Assembly (NCBI GenBank): GCA_016840855.1
Contig: JAEORO010000184.1
Span: 1 to 53,750 of the forward strand
Length of the DNA stretch: 53,750 nt
Direction of reading: 5' to 3'
Source: Candidatus Thorarchaeota archaeon
GTDB lineage: Archaea; Asgardarchaeota; Thorarchaeia; Thorarchaeales; Thorarchaeaceae
Below the pieces are notes generated by a model, which was not told where the DNA came from, did no database searches, and saw only the letters and a program-made list of their open reading frames with translations. A program made the position numbers and the translations under genes. The number at the start of each line of letters is the position of its first letter. The first letter of the stretch is position 1. Positions 29,501 through 36,291 of the stretch are shown here, in pieces.

Positions 29501-32223
29501 TTGGCTTTGGAAACCAAGTTGCTGTCTATGAGATGAAGCATTCTACAAACGGAACCGAATTCATGAGTTATGATGAAGCCTGGTTATCAGATCCATTTGA
29601 TAATCCAATTACTGGTGTGAGTGTGTATGATACAAATGGGAATGGTTGGGAAGAGATTGGTATTTCGTCTAAACAGGGTGATGTGTACATCTATGAGTAT
29701 ATTGATCCCTCCGAAGGAGCGATAACTCTTTGGTATTCAGAGCAGTCTTGGACCTACCCAGCAAATGGTGACCAAGACACGTTGATAGATGGTCTCTTGT
29801 ATCCAGACTTGCTTCAAGCTTATGACTTGGATCAGGATGGTAGAGATGAGATAATCTTAGCGTCTTATGACCTAGGCATAATCGAAGCAATCGATGAATA
29901 TGGCATTCAAATCTGGGAAAATGCTGGTAATGCAACCGACGGGTTCTCAAATGTTATCCTGAGCGATCTTAATGTCGATGGCATCCCTGAGATAGTCTGT
30001 ACCTCTAAGGATTCAAACCTGTATATCTTTAATGTAACAACAGGAAATCTAGCGTGGAGCTACATAGATGCTAGTAGCCCGCTAGTTTCAGTGATTTCGG
30101 GTGATCTCACAGGTGATAATTTCCCTGAAATTATCTTCACTGATGAGAGTGGGTACATTCATGTGATTAACTCCACAGGCAATCTCCTAGGTAGCTATTC
30201 CACTGGTGGAACCTACATATTCCGTTTAGCACTCGGGAATTTCACTGACGTTCCAGGAAAGCAGCTTGCCTACGTTGCGTACAATGAAACACTCGTTGTA
30301 ATGGATCCACTTAATGGAACCATCTACTACAAGAGTCCTGATAGCACAGCAACTCCATATGCAACATTTGTACCCTACGACTTCAACAACGATGGGTTTG
30401 AGGACATTGTGTTTGTACGGCAAAAGATACACATACTTGATGTATGCACAGGTATAGTCTATTATAACTCAACGACAGATCTAGGTTGGCCCCATGAAGT
30501 TTACGTTTATGACTTCGATGGTGACAACTCAACAGAGATTCTAACTCTGACATTTGACCAAGGTCTATACCTGGAAGAAGTCGCATCTAGAAGCCTTCAG
30601 TGGCACTACGATCTTGATACAGAGAACCATGTTATTTGGGATCTCGCCTTCGGAAATGCGGGTGGTTCCGGAGCACTTGACATATTTGTTGGTGCATCCG
30701 TATATCTTGGTGATGTAGGGATTGTAGCTGCAATCGATGGGAAGAATGGAATACCATTGTGGTTCAACTTCACTGGTGGTGATCTCGGTGAGATCATCGG
30801 TGTAAAGTTGAATGGTGCAGGCTATGATTCCCTTGTAGCTTGGGATATGCAGAATGAACAACTCATCGCAGTCACGGGCGTTGAACCAACTGAATACATA
30901 GTGACACCAGCTTATGAGAAGCATGACCTCTATTGGCAAATGGATGCTAGCACCGTTTATGGTGTCTGGGTAGACAATATTGATGGAATAGATCTTGACG
31001 AGATTATTGTCGCGGGCCGAAACAAAGATGGGAAGTACAGTCTTGCTCTCGTTGAAGGCTCAACGATGGAGGTTAGATGGAACATCACCTTTGATGTCAA
31101 GATATCTGCTATTCAGATTGGCTACATTAGTGACTGGACAACCAAGGATCTTGCTGTTTGGTCTGGACTACGCGATGTCTATGTCATGGATGGCCTGGAT
31201 GGTAAGGAGCTAATCCACATAAAAGCACCAGACACCCATGAAATCAAAGGCATTCAAGTTGCAGATTTCAGCAGCGCGGCTGGTAATGACTTTGAGGAAA
31301 TTGCTGTCTTGATCCGACAGTGGTCAGGTGGCAGTGAGGTATACATAGAATGGTACGATGAAGCAGGTAATGTTCTATATAACACCAAGGCAGATGGCTT
31401 TACATCGACTGCAACTTCATATTACATGGTAGTTGGTAATTTCAGAGGAGGCAGTACCGCAGATATAGCAATAGGAGCAACTTTGTTCAGTGCTCGTATC
31501 TATAATGGTGGAAATGGAGCTCTCTGGACAACAGTATCACCTTCATCAACCTATGGTCTGGTATCGGGTGATTTCAATGGCGACGGGTCTGGTGACTTAG
31601 CTGTAATGGACTCAGGAGATGACATTCATATGTTCGAGTTCGTTGGCGGTGGCAGCATGACTCTCAATTTCGCCACTGGTGCAGTGAGAGAGTTCTTTGC
31701 TGGAGACCTCTATAATAACGACACTGTAGATGAACTCGTTGTCAATCTTGAAAGATATGGCGCAATTGCGTATAGCTTTGCTGGGACAGAGGTCTGGAGA
31801 TACAATGCTCCATTGGTGTTGGGAGGCAAAGACACTCACATCATTCTCGAGGACATGAATGCTGATGGATGGACTGACCTTGTTCTAACCAACAAGGAAT
31901 ACATCAACGTTGTTGATGGACCTTCTGCTCGACTTATGTGGCATTACTGGAAGGATGACCTCAGAAGCAATTTTGACCCAAGAGTTGGATACATCTATAG
32001 TTCATCAGGTAGGGATGTGCTATGTTATGGCTACAATCTGGTTTACGTTGTAGCTCATGATATTACTGCTCCACCAGTACCTCTTGCTGCATTTCTCTAT
32101 CAGCCAAATGCAGTATATGTACCTCTTGATTTAGCTCTCTTTCTTGGGCTTGTCTGCTTCCAGCTTCTAGTGGTTGGTATTCCATACTCGAAGATGGTTT
32201 GGATACGGAGAAGAAGAAAATAG
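17578..32223 (+). CDS. Giant (4881 aa) cell-surface protein with DxDxDG Ca-binding (TSP3-like) repeats and FG-GAP/VCBS beta-propeller repeats, four hydrophobic segments
   Basis: Uninterrupted 14.6 kb ORF with strong SD (GGAGGAG); signal peptide ending VWA; internal TMs at ~aa 2097-2123 and ~2183-2204; C-terminal TM plus RRRRK. Start may be ATG 17584. Confidence 0.9.
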   Translation: MHMNRRLRRIQLVSVIFITMMLVGFIPQVVWAGEMMQEEEPIFRDPLAKYEIDPVYIFYDPTNKLLRTIAENVHQVLAFRLEHIEMVSICEWTKLQCELLAEPWIAIYALSSDLRSVHFNDFNVTWSEFYGLLAQHENTEHIVGMGNTLSLEQYLGETDINIRTSQAEQVDGLLLAFYDMWTIHEAVSTRAHISSDYENAAGDLRTIALKIYGDNFGMFFERAIEPIDAVGEIDENDLNRRNEEMWERHAPTIEPTFYQMSDEGKLIEIDEEELPEDFSPAIKISTASEVSSSDYILGEIPLLSALRGPIGEIIDVLLSVLGDSGSTVISIPTDLIETIKGLFEVLEPIIGIVKDFDLESPLKSIIQAIANEFPFMAEFKDYLNIILKALFNFRGDLESILGIVGELISVLLPDSVPQIAKDFIGQILGTENGLWDIISQVVSEGKGVFDTIFSFFTKNTLQAFLNKTLAATLGMTSGQVSTLLPRVISFVEATLDFLTGKDFVKFVETIGSDLLGSILSVTGLSDAVDKVMSIVKMGMSAFKLLDEFDTTTFLQFGVEMLNEIVGPSNIPGGAEDLAKQMMAVIKTFQEGAFSDINGFKSQISSILDSATSGVTQAIKDVIRDTMTMLTGFFNGAFDKNQLPDLFEIAANLINEVIGGGDAAQVIDALNSAVKPLMGLIALVSDNDALKNMISKTASNFASELSNAPTMIKNVLSYLDVEDVISGLPGSEDVLDTAGQIVGGIITMIQGIKGQSFQGIMQSVLMAAGSLVGTLPAFDDVPIDAFLKLLQSFFPDAFGLSKDDMPSSTEVISEILGYAEGLLGSGFDESMLEDTLEFFMDIKDIFTNGVKWLLGKVFDWLSGLINPVLEDIESTIEGLFAGLDDLLGFSGKFPIGLGDWSLFDLEYALGIKANFAIDLNPIFDMIVSMIFDAREVFSTDNIGDFFKTILSFFEISPQFYAELGIGGFDTEKNALMKTMLTSLGLKLSFEGSAKFVVNLFTFKGGMFEWDNFFKIVEWGLHIKIHIGKVFTLLDFLTAGVGGGALNAVAEFLGLDMITIEVYFEIALDIVKKAATAIAPEVSSMTLTIIFGLSLHIPIELIIVAITIDGTLEIILTFFQDFADPAPMKITLRLIFTLKVKFRFLFFSDSATFSWEPGGPWDLSPNKGETEYKESGVGFDTDGDGLSDAFENSTPGLDFTKADTDGDGANDKLEFQTMKTDHTNPDSDGDGLLDGREWDLGTNPMRQDTDWDDVDDYKEVEVYGTNPLEQDTDGDGLTDAYEIYTKLDISNVTPTVTEVIIGGESFNDRTDPLNPDTDGDGLLDGDEGPMGAFYGDPSLYNATEDSSSESGWAMDPNPLFFNGGFTHPLDADTDDDSALQLYNGVVDSQAYLFLKDMNDGAEVAGFWIIVYDEEGEPENKHVFTNPCNPDTDGDTGVTDRTPQPGMWLNSDGYELAQTPPTDPTDGDSDDDGILDGLEGVLNPYSNHTNPNDPDTDDDGLFDLQEILLGSDPREQDTDGDMISDGDEFYIFFTNPNVWDSDFDGLGDGEEVFIWHTNPLTDDSDADKIYDGVEVLIFGSDPMDDDSDNDGLTDYEEIYVYYTDPFDYDTDDDLLSDGEEIEIYNCDPLSWDTDRDSITEPNELGEMTFPLSDYQEAKGFYIYKMDESGVMYQEWVFTNITQSDTDEDGLSDAMELYLASGKIPWLDPIPLDPTNKDTDHDFIPDGTEMAIENVSGLIYPYRAMTLVFRYNTSPVDRDTDDDLLIDYQEVLVFNTNPANNDTDNDGITDWWETWVYNTSALYNDTDGDELYDNEETLVEVWPYGPWPPSNWSIGMGTEEMLAYAGASSFALAEESPILQYVPAQAIYGTLATDPDCDDDWLPDGSEVNFYHTDPLDDDSDNDGTPDTLEFDTDFDGLQDGLEFQLKLYRTGGGILDQDSDGDGVSDGAEYYIYGTDPASVDTDGDGYPDGLEIAIGTDPLTATTPTEYEEAIAVSRGEASMDVLMPLAVVNNAQTVDVNVLNYTSFKSMKFRYNTSDGWSTNYTMTYNPATMTWVYTDMQWDVGTYELQVFAVDYSDDDHMAVRIFKVAATPTYPEPISPLVYLAIGLGLGAFLILFLLYGMPLIVRYMKKRGKEPDEKPPELAALTEDVSEESSEKSTKKKTSSSKKETKGKTPKKKSGKGSSSLALMFLAMTFLGMLLVSSFGYVPSMPMRGMEDDTSLYDEYPAGWEDLPPELQGQIAEMFNPTVQKMPSDQDIGQVLGDRVNDYALNYEPWRSKAAIHAVAYDEGTGFLALGGGYLYDNQIHVFRLNTETKLWDKVWDTGDSVFQSDVMALDFGDTDLNNLIEIVAGCSDGYVYVFEQRHLYDPYANTENQFDHVWTSPKMFRVFALKVDDVDRDYRPDIIAGGWDGKLHLFEYDNHSGYPFVEEHWITYDEVATLSVGDKIYSLETGDTNYNGLPEIICGTRDGTVYVFENDGVTIMINGQPFPLIYDNHYYLNWTSENYTWTPIQSMAVGELDNTPGDEIVLIAQGQGVFTLEWNPTKHTYDYQKVYRDFKPWETFGFWGLDNYVDRIIYAHNVTYHDPINPSIIENEPIQYVWNDILEIFEPDASVYPYNSGMAGPVHLTAGALDGNFSNFNAFLVGVDNATAILDFGLDEEGTGGANSNDDLVIYFKSGTDLGHLGSDFWFYISQDGTDWELIPSDKFYPGTDVVGVDVDDALSKRRWDWFRYAKIMVNNSGFYQINGIELTQVYNTLTDALSVTVGPLRLDGMSYLQGLDEPIKIIVGSVTGEINAIMYNSSTYKYDVIYDSGDDSFYTFGANIWDMVYVGNEPDVPTWNWQYGMPWTPDGGTTYNSWSYATLNPWLYGGATFNYLMGTNEGQIRAFTVPDVVPVASPPELDFTTQVYLNNINIDLPLEGWQSVSVEAPFFMNGYELANQYSVWPFIALGLYNPSISIESIPLTTEEDAPSRATVAFYYRDSDTQPFNHRINLYEMDTTGELTELINLAKAEPKMDFADFDRDGDLDFIISNGYVQMARNMWYEDESLNFTLVRGYFDEINSKETSKIWGQPEMVDIDSDGDLDIILSYANSMGATCWINEGTAEDPVWVEDKKIMSNPLPDTNMKYQNFTDIRIVPKLGGYVSGYTLERWYEFWGWDMDFDWTLAGYREWNQRIAWAAPEFDTTESYIVASYPRVAQLDFSLMSGGLVGYEIYSNIGFHIHESWSNDADLKEWTLSIATGDIDGDGNGELIIGDYDNNVYAFEHLTKNNYKRMFRSFDLNHTEVTDVSPYLYEELEGISGDFNRRIWDHAKHLVADVDLDQDGLKEIIVASNLQIYVFEDAGLYGGDLLTYQYSIDLRDSAWADRDEFIDLVTEITAMAAGDDLDYNGELELAVAAGPYLFIYNIPVGEFDGFEDKEFFVTSPALEGRYYLVGNPELPEFRYYYINAITLCDTDQDGYKEVLIGGIKDTRLIRQDGFVHLYECQGGTFYKVWEAPDEVTYWNPISVLTLDDQDMDGAQEIVIGHTNGFDLWEWIEGTDSKYQKVEYVTASPNYPVVPLRSTAYDTGDFPDSATTERSIKDMAKGVYGAMVNWTLMVYENGKEIWYKWYSEVADDWLPGAKWMDLAGLAYTTNFSTIISETRPSVLIPANGDIYASWEVWDSGGQHYIALCWGDVSAGLWHGPILWPDTYGIIPIGQTSYDRYYPSLFEYDSGNIGIVFMYDAWNAFTGNVYGRVGAAYAAKDLSSGWTNRHPDFNDKTYFQAHDVDVVELSDGDFAIAMSAVYTRSSKADIDVWVVVGNSNFNFTGANPHQATTSYDDEMFVSVEELESDEHAIVVTYESIGVELEDRIGMVSSTTKGREWSLQETLNTIPRYISRTEMPGGYVYYYIEGSPFAIYQLSIFSPTVVARDGAGFLYAATFSYKVYIPPGVITDKGIWLCVHDIVYGFNPQSDWTLNHLRDVIDLDVGDTDSDGRREVVVGFGNQVAVYEMKHSTNGTEFMSYDEAWLSDPFDNPITGVSVYDTNGNGWEEIGISSKQGDVYIYEYIDPSEGAITLWYSEQSWTYPANGDQDTLIDGLLYPDLLQAYDLDQDGRDEIILASYDLGIIEAIDEYGIQIWENAGNATDGFSNVILSDLNVDGIPEIVCTSKDSNLYIFNVTTGNLAWSYIDASSPLVSVISGDLTGDNFPEIIFTDESGYIHVINSTGNLLGSYSTGGTYIFRLALGNFTDVPGKQLAYVAYNETLVVMDPLNGTIYYKSPDSTATPYATFVPYDFNNDGFEDIVFVRQKIHILDVCTGIVYYNSTTDLGWPHEVYVYDFDGDNSTEILTLTFDQGLYLEEVASRSLQWHYDLDTENHVIWDLAFGNAGGSGALDIFVGASVYLGDVGIVAAIDGKNGIPLWFNFTGGDLGEIIGVKLNGAGYDSLVAWDMQNEQLIAVTGVEPTEYIVTPAYEKHDLYWQMDASTVYGVWVDNIDGIDLDEIIVAGRNKDGKYSLALVEGSTMEVRWNITFDVKISAIQIGYISDWTTKDLAVWSGLRDVYVMDGLDGKELIHIKAPDTHEIKGIQVADFSSAAGNDFEEIAVLIRQWSGGSEVYIEWYDEAGNVLYNTKADGFTSTATSYYMVVGNFRGGSTADIAIGATLFSARIYNGGNGALWTTVSPSSTYGLVSGDFNGDGSGDLAVMDSGDDIHMFEFVGGGSMTLNFATGAVREFFAGDLYNNDTVDELVVNLERYGAIAYSFAGTEVWRYNAPLVLGGKDTHIILEDMNADGWTDLVLTNKEYINVVDGPSARLMWHYWKDDLRSNFDPRVGYIYSSSGRDVLCYGYNLVYVVAHDITAPPVPLAAFLYQPNAVYVPLDLALFLGLVCFQLLVVGIPYSKMVWIRRRRK
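21109..23505 (+). repeat. About 25 intragenic D-[TS]-D-x-D-G-x-x-D-x-x-E...T-[ND]-P calcium-binding repeats
   Basis: DTDGDGLSD, DSDGDGLLD, DTDGDGLTD, DSDDDGILD, DSDNDGLTD, DTDGDGYPD etc.; core period about 19-20 aa with variable insertions. Confidence 0.9.
24400..32050 (+). repeat. Intragenic FG-GAP / VCBS-type propeller blade repeats
   Basis: GDTDLNNLIEIVAG, DVDRDYRPDIIAG, ADFDRDGDLDFII, GDIDGDGNGELIIG, DLDQDGLKEIIVA, DTNGNGWEEIGI, DFNNDGFEDIVF, GDFNGDGSGDLAV, DMNADGWTDLVL and more. Confidence 0.85.
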
Positions 32224-32250
32224 AAAAGAGAACCAGTGTGCTTGTGGAAA

Positions 32251-32274
32251 GTTGGCTCTATTTTCAGAGCCAAC
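32251..32274 (+). terminator. Hairpin 3' of the giant gene (terminator or mRNA stabiliser)
   Basis: Perfect 9-bp stem GTTGGCTCT-ATTTTC-AGAGCCAAC, 27 nt after the stop; no U-tract follows. Confidence 0.45.
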
Positions 32275-32399
32275 AACCCTAGGTCGCTTCATGAGATTGA
32301 GCATACAAAAGGTGCGCTAGTACAGAAATTCAGAGACCATATACTAACCCTTAAACACCACAAAATCTCGTCTGTTGAAATATCAGAAGGAGAATAAAT

Positions 32400-33149
32400 T
32401 TGGACAGTTCTGTTCTAATATTAGCTGGATTAGTAGGGTTAATTGCAGGACTCGCTAGTGGGTTCTTTGGAATTGGAGGCGGATCCATAAGAATACCACT
32501 TCTGAATCTGATAGGATTTACATTAATTGCGTCATTTGGAATGAATCTAATTTCTCTTCCAGTATCAAGTCTTATAGGAGCCATAACTCAAAGGCAGAAC
32601 ATTGACCTTCATATTGGCTCATCCATGATTCTTGGAGGGATAATAGGAACAATAATTGGCACATTGATAGCTTTCAATCTTGCCACCTCTCCAATACTTC
32701 TAGCAATTATTTTCCTTCTTGTGTCTATTTTATCAATTATTGGAATGAATTTACGATATCTAGCACCAAAAAAGTCAGAAACCCTTTCACCATCATTCAA
32801 CAACTTGGTTTCAGGAACACTTGTTTTTAATATCCTTACAGGGATGCGAGGAGGTAGTGAAGGTTCATTGTTTGTTCCCCTACAAAGATTCCTCAATGTC
32901 GAAATGCACAAAGCAATAGCAACGGCGTTGTTTGCTGCAGTTTTCACCTCAGTTGTTGGCGTCGTGCTTTATTGGAGCTATGGGAACCTATTGCTTCTCC
33001 CTGGGTTCATTGTACTTGTTGGGTCTGCTATTGGTTCTCATATAGGAAGTCGATTCTCTCTCGAAACAAAGTCGAAATGGTTAGAGGTTGGTCTCACATC
33101 TTTGATTCTTATACTGGCTGGAATTCCTCTAGTGCAAGTCCTCATCTAG
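32400..33149 (+). CDS. Sulfite exporter TauE/SafE family permease
   Basis: AGLASGFFGIGGGSIRIP, repeated GxxGG half, HKAIAT, about 8 TMs; TTG start with AGGAG SD. Confidence 0.85.
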   Translation: MDSSVLILAGLVGLIAGLASGFFGIGGGSIRIPLLNLIGFTLIASFGMNLISLPVSSLIGAITQRQNIDLHIGSSMILGGIIGTIIGTLIAFNLATSPILLAIIFLLVSILSIIGMNLRYLAPKKSETLSPSFNNLVSGTLVFNILTGMRGGSEGSLFVPLQRFLNVEMHKAIATALFAAVFTSVVGVVLYWSYGNLLLLPGFIVLVGSAIGSHIGSRFSLETKSKWLEVGLTSLILILAGIPLVQVLI

Positions 33150-33243
33150 TCACCTAATCAAGAGTAATAGCTAGATTATAGCTCGCTAGCATTGAGAGAA
33201 GAAATGAAAAATAACTGCCTCTGAGGTAGGAACGGGGTTTTCG

Positions 33244-34041
33244 ATGGTTGACCATAATGGTATCTTGGTACGCAGAGCAGAAGATAGAGATGTTAAAATC
33301 CTTACACAGCTATGCAAGAGAGCATTTGATTCTGACAAGGATGTGGGTTCTCCAGGTCCAGGAGGACCTCCAGGATATGACTCAATTGAATGGAATGCAA
33401 ATCTGATTCACAATCAATATTTGCGATACTACAAGATTCTCTTTGAAGACAGCATTGTTGGAGGTTTCATCGCTGGAGATAGAGGACCCGGATATCAGGT
33501 ATGCGAGAGAATCTGGGTTGACCCGGATCATATGAGAAAAGGTATTGGAGCGAGGACCTTTGAGCTGGTTGAGGAAGGATATCCTGCTGCGGATTTATGG
33601 GCTTTGGGAACACCAGAGTGGAACACAAGAACAAATTCATTCTATAAGAAAATTGGATTTTCAATCATAGGAAAAACACATGATTATCCAACATGGAATG
33701 GGAATTATTACGAAAAGAGAATATCAAATAGATTCCCACAAGCTATGTCAACAATAGAGAATCTTCGCAAAGGTCTAAACCAAGTTGTTGTTGAAGGATT
33801 TGTCGACCATATGCCAAATGCACGAACTGTCACATCAAGAAAAACTGGTGAAGCATTGAAGGTTGTAAATACTTCTTTGAGAGATGACACGGGATCAATC
33901 AATCTTGTTCTTTGGAATGATCAAATTAGGCAGGTTAAAGCAGGAACAAAATTACGGATAGAGAACGGATATGTAAAAGATTACCTAGATGAGCTCCAAT
34001 TAGGTATTGGCGCATGGAGAATAATAATCACCTTACTCTGA
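33244..34041 (+). CDS. GNAT acetyltransferase fused to a C-terminal SSB/RPA-type OB fold
   Basis: GPPGYDS, RIWVDPDHMRKGIG, NSFYKKIGF (GNAT), then IENLRKG..V.VEG.V..LRDDTGSINLVLWNDQ..G..LRIENGYV...LQLGIG (archaeal SSB-like OB fold). Confidence 0.82.
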   Translation: MVDHNGILVRRAEDRDVKILTQLCKRAFDSDKDVGSPGPGGPPGYDSIEWNANLIHNQYLRYYKILFEDSIVGGFIAGDRGPGYQVCERIWVDPDHMRKGIGARTFELVEEGYPAADLWALGTPEWNTRTNSFYKKIGFSIIGKTHDYPTWNGNYYEKRISNRFPQAMSTIENLRKGLNQVVVEGFVDHMPNARTVTSRKTGEALKVVNTSLRDDTGSINLVLWNDQIRQVKAGTKLRIENGYVKDYLDELQLGIGAWRIIITLL

Positions 34042-34167
34042 ATCAACGCTTTGTGTGAGATTTGTATGTATTAAGTCGAGTTTCATTAGCTAGGAAATCT
34101 AAAAATTCTTGCTGACGAAGGACTTTTCTGATTGATTGTGACAACCAGTAATGCGGGTGCTTACAAT

Positions 34168-34422
34168 ATGGGAGAGAAGAAGCAAATAGGAATCATTACG
34201 CGATACTTTCACAAGATAGGTGTTGCAGCCATCATGCTTGATGATAAACTCAGTGTTGGTAACAAAATCCGCATCGAAGGAGCAACCACCGATTTGGAAA
34301 TGACCATTAGATCAATGCAAGTTGACAGGGAAAATATTGAATCTGGAAGGAAGGGTCAAGAGATTGCTATCAAAGTTCCAGATAGGGTTAGGGAAAAAGA
34401 TATCGTCTATCTTGCAGAGTAG
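34168..34422 (+). CDS. Small beta-barrel protein (U32 peptidase C-terminal / translation-factor domain II-like)
   Basis: IGIITRYFHKIGVAAI..LSVGNKIRIEGATTD...SMQVD..G.KGQEIAIKVPDRVRE.D.VY. ATG 34168 preferred. Confidence 0.75.
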   Translation: MGEKKQIGIITRYFHKIGVAAIMLDDKLSVGNKIRIEGATTDLEMTIRSMQVDRENIESGRKGQEIAIKVPDRVREKDIVYLAE

Positions 34423-34476
34423 AATTCGCAGGTATCGAAAGAGCCAGACACTCGATCATCAGAAAAAGTTTTGAAT

Positions 34477-35052
34477 CTAGTCCTTCTTTTGAATTCTGAC
34501 ACCATCTCTCGATATGAGCTGGTCGCCATCTCCCGCAATAATATTCTCATACCTTGAAAATACAAATAGGAGATCTGACAGTCTGTTTAGATATCCTAAG
34601 ACATTTGGATCAACATTTGATACCTTTGAAAGCGTGAGAACTCTTCTTTCAGCCCTTCGGCAAATTGTTCTGCAAATATGTAGATATGCGCCTGCATCAG
34701 AACCTCCAGGGATAACAAAATTTGTCAGTAATGGCAATTCTTCTGAGAGTTCATCTGCAAGTTTCTCAATTTTCTCAACATCTACATGTAAGACCTTTCT
34801 GACATTTTTATTTGCCATGCCGCTATCCGTAGATGCTAATTCAGCATTGATATAGAATAGGAGTATCTGAATATCATGAATATAGGTTCCTATTCTCTCT
34901 GAAGAATGTCTTTTTGCTAAGCCAAGAAATGAGTTTAGTTCATCAACTGTGCCATATGCCTCTACTCTGCTGTCATCCTTATCTATTCGTTCTCCAGACC
35001 AGAGACTTGTCTGTCCCTTATCACCAGCACGTGTGTAAATTCGTTTTGACAA
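34477..35052 (-). CDS. pduO: ATP:cob(I)alamin adenosyltransferase, PduO type
   Basis: IYTRAGDKGQT, RVEAYGTVDELNS, FVIPGG, RTICRRAERR, YLNRLSDLLF. TTG 35052 with GGTGG SD. Confidence 0.92.
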   Translation of the reverse strand: MSKRIYTRAGDKGQTSLWSGERIDKDDSRVEAYGTVDELNSFLGLAKRHSSERIGTYIHDIQILLFYINAELASTDSGMANKNVRKVLHVDVEKIEKLADELSEELPLLTNFVIPGGSDAGAYLHICRTICRRAERRVLTLSKVSNVDPNVLGYLNRLSDLLFVFSRYENIIAGDGDQLISRDGVRIQKKD

Positions 35053-35121
35053 ACAACCACCAAGCTTTGAGTTTAATTCACCTAAATGATTAGGCACACC
35101 ATACATGAAAATAGATCGCTT

Positions 35122-36285
35122 TTAAGAATCTGCCCAGACTGCAAGTGCCTTCGCAGCATTGGTTTCCTTTTGATGAAGCTCAAGTAGGAGGTCTTCAACT
35201 CCTACCAAAATTTTATCGAATTTTTCTACTTCAATAGATGCTTGATTAACAAGTGAAGGAATATCAACTAGACGGTCCTTTACTTCATCCAAAGATTTTA
35301 CACCTTTTTGCTCCATGTCAAGATTATTCTGGAGATAGATTTCTCTTAATTTTCCTAGACTTGGCAAATCATCAGGTGTAAGCTGGATGGCTATGTTAGA
35401 CCAGACATCGCAGATATCATCGTAGAGAAGAGATATCTTTTGAAGTTCTGAGTCATTCATAACCTTGGAAGCATCTTTCAAAAACTGTGAGTATATTCTG
35501 CGAAAGAAGGAACCTCCACTCCCACCTACCTCAATGTAAACAAAATGTTCGATTAAGGCTTGTGCTATTGTGCGATTATCCTTCAGAAACGTAGGATACT
35601 TTGGAAGTTCATCTCTCCACTTCAAAATCCCTTTTGACCCCATATTAGCAATTGGTGGATTAAGCATGAAATCTGCGTTCTCTTTTATAGCTCCGGGGAT
35701 TATTTCTTCTAATGGAGTTAAGTTCTCAGGCATGAATACTTGCATTAATTTATTCTCTGCTGGAAATGGATGATATTTTGAAGCACGAGCGGTCTGTAGT
35801 TGTACTAATGGAATTGTAATTGGAGTAGCAAATCTATCTGAAATATGTGCTTCATTGTTTGATTCATCGATTCCATATACAAGGATAGTATGCATACCAA
35901 AATGATCGTCGCCTCCGAGTGACAGATATTCTAGAAAACCAAGGTCTGCGCAAATTAAAGCAGGTTGATCCATCTCAAGAGTTTCTCGCAGGTGTTGATG
36001 AGCACGTTGCTTCGATGAAGACTTTAGTACTTTCCATTTGCCTCCCAACCTGTCAACTGCGATGCCTAAGATTGTCGGAAATCGACCGCCGTTCATACCA
36101 CCCACAAATGGAGTTGGCATCTGCTTCATTTTCCAATAGATGAATCCTAACCCTGAGGCAATTCCTACCAGCATCTCTTCAGTAATATCATATCCCAGAT
36201 GATGAAGTAGTTTCCATAGACAACTCGTCATACAGTTTTTTCCACCTGGAAGGTGTTCAAAGTCTAGCATTATTTTTTCATTCAA
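35122..36285 (-). CDS. BtrH-N / DUF4872 protein (C39 peptidase-like fold)
   Basis: NCMTS Cys, EEMLVGIASGLGFIY, D.GFLEYL..HFGMH..VYG.D His, EVGGSGGSFFRRIYSQFL. TTG start with GGAGGTGA SD. Confidence 0.82.
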   Translation of the reverse strand: MNEKIMLDFEHLPGGKNCMTSCLWKLLHHLGYDITEEMLVGIASGLGFIYWKMKQMPTPFVGGMNGGRFPTILGIAVDRLGGKWKVLKSSSKQRAHQHLRETLEMDQPALICADLGFLEYLSLGGDDHFGMHTILVYGIDESNNEAHISDRFATPITIPLVQLQTARASKYHPFPAENKLMQVFMPENLTPLEEIIPGAIKENADFMLNPPIANMGSKGILKWRDELPKYPTFLKDNRTIAQALIEHFVYIEVGGSGGSFFRRIYSQFLKDASKVMNDSELQKISLLYDDICDVWSNIAIQLTPDDLPSLGKLREIYLQNNLDMEQKGVKSLDEVKDRLVDIPSLVNQASIEVEKFDKILVGVEDLLLELHQKETNAAKALAVWADS

Positions 36286-36291
36286 AATATT

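Noticed and set aside
24400-32223. Calling ectodomain B a true integrin alpha ortholog
   Set aside because: FG-GAP repeats are widespread in prokaryotes; no thigh/calf domains or GFFKR tail are visible and no integrin-beta/vWA partner is present. Only an analogy is supported.
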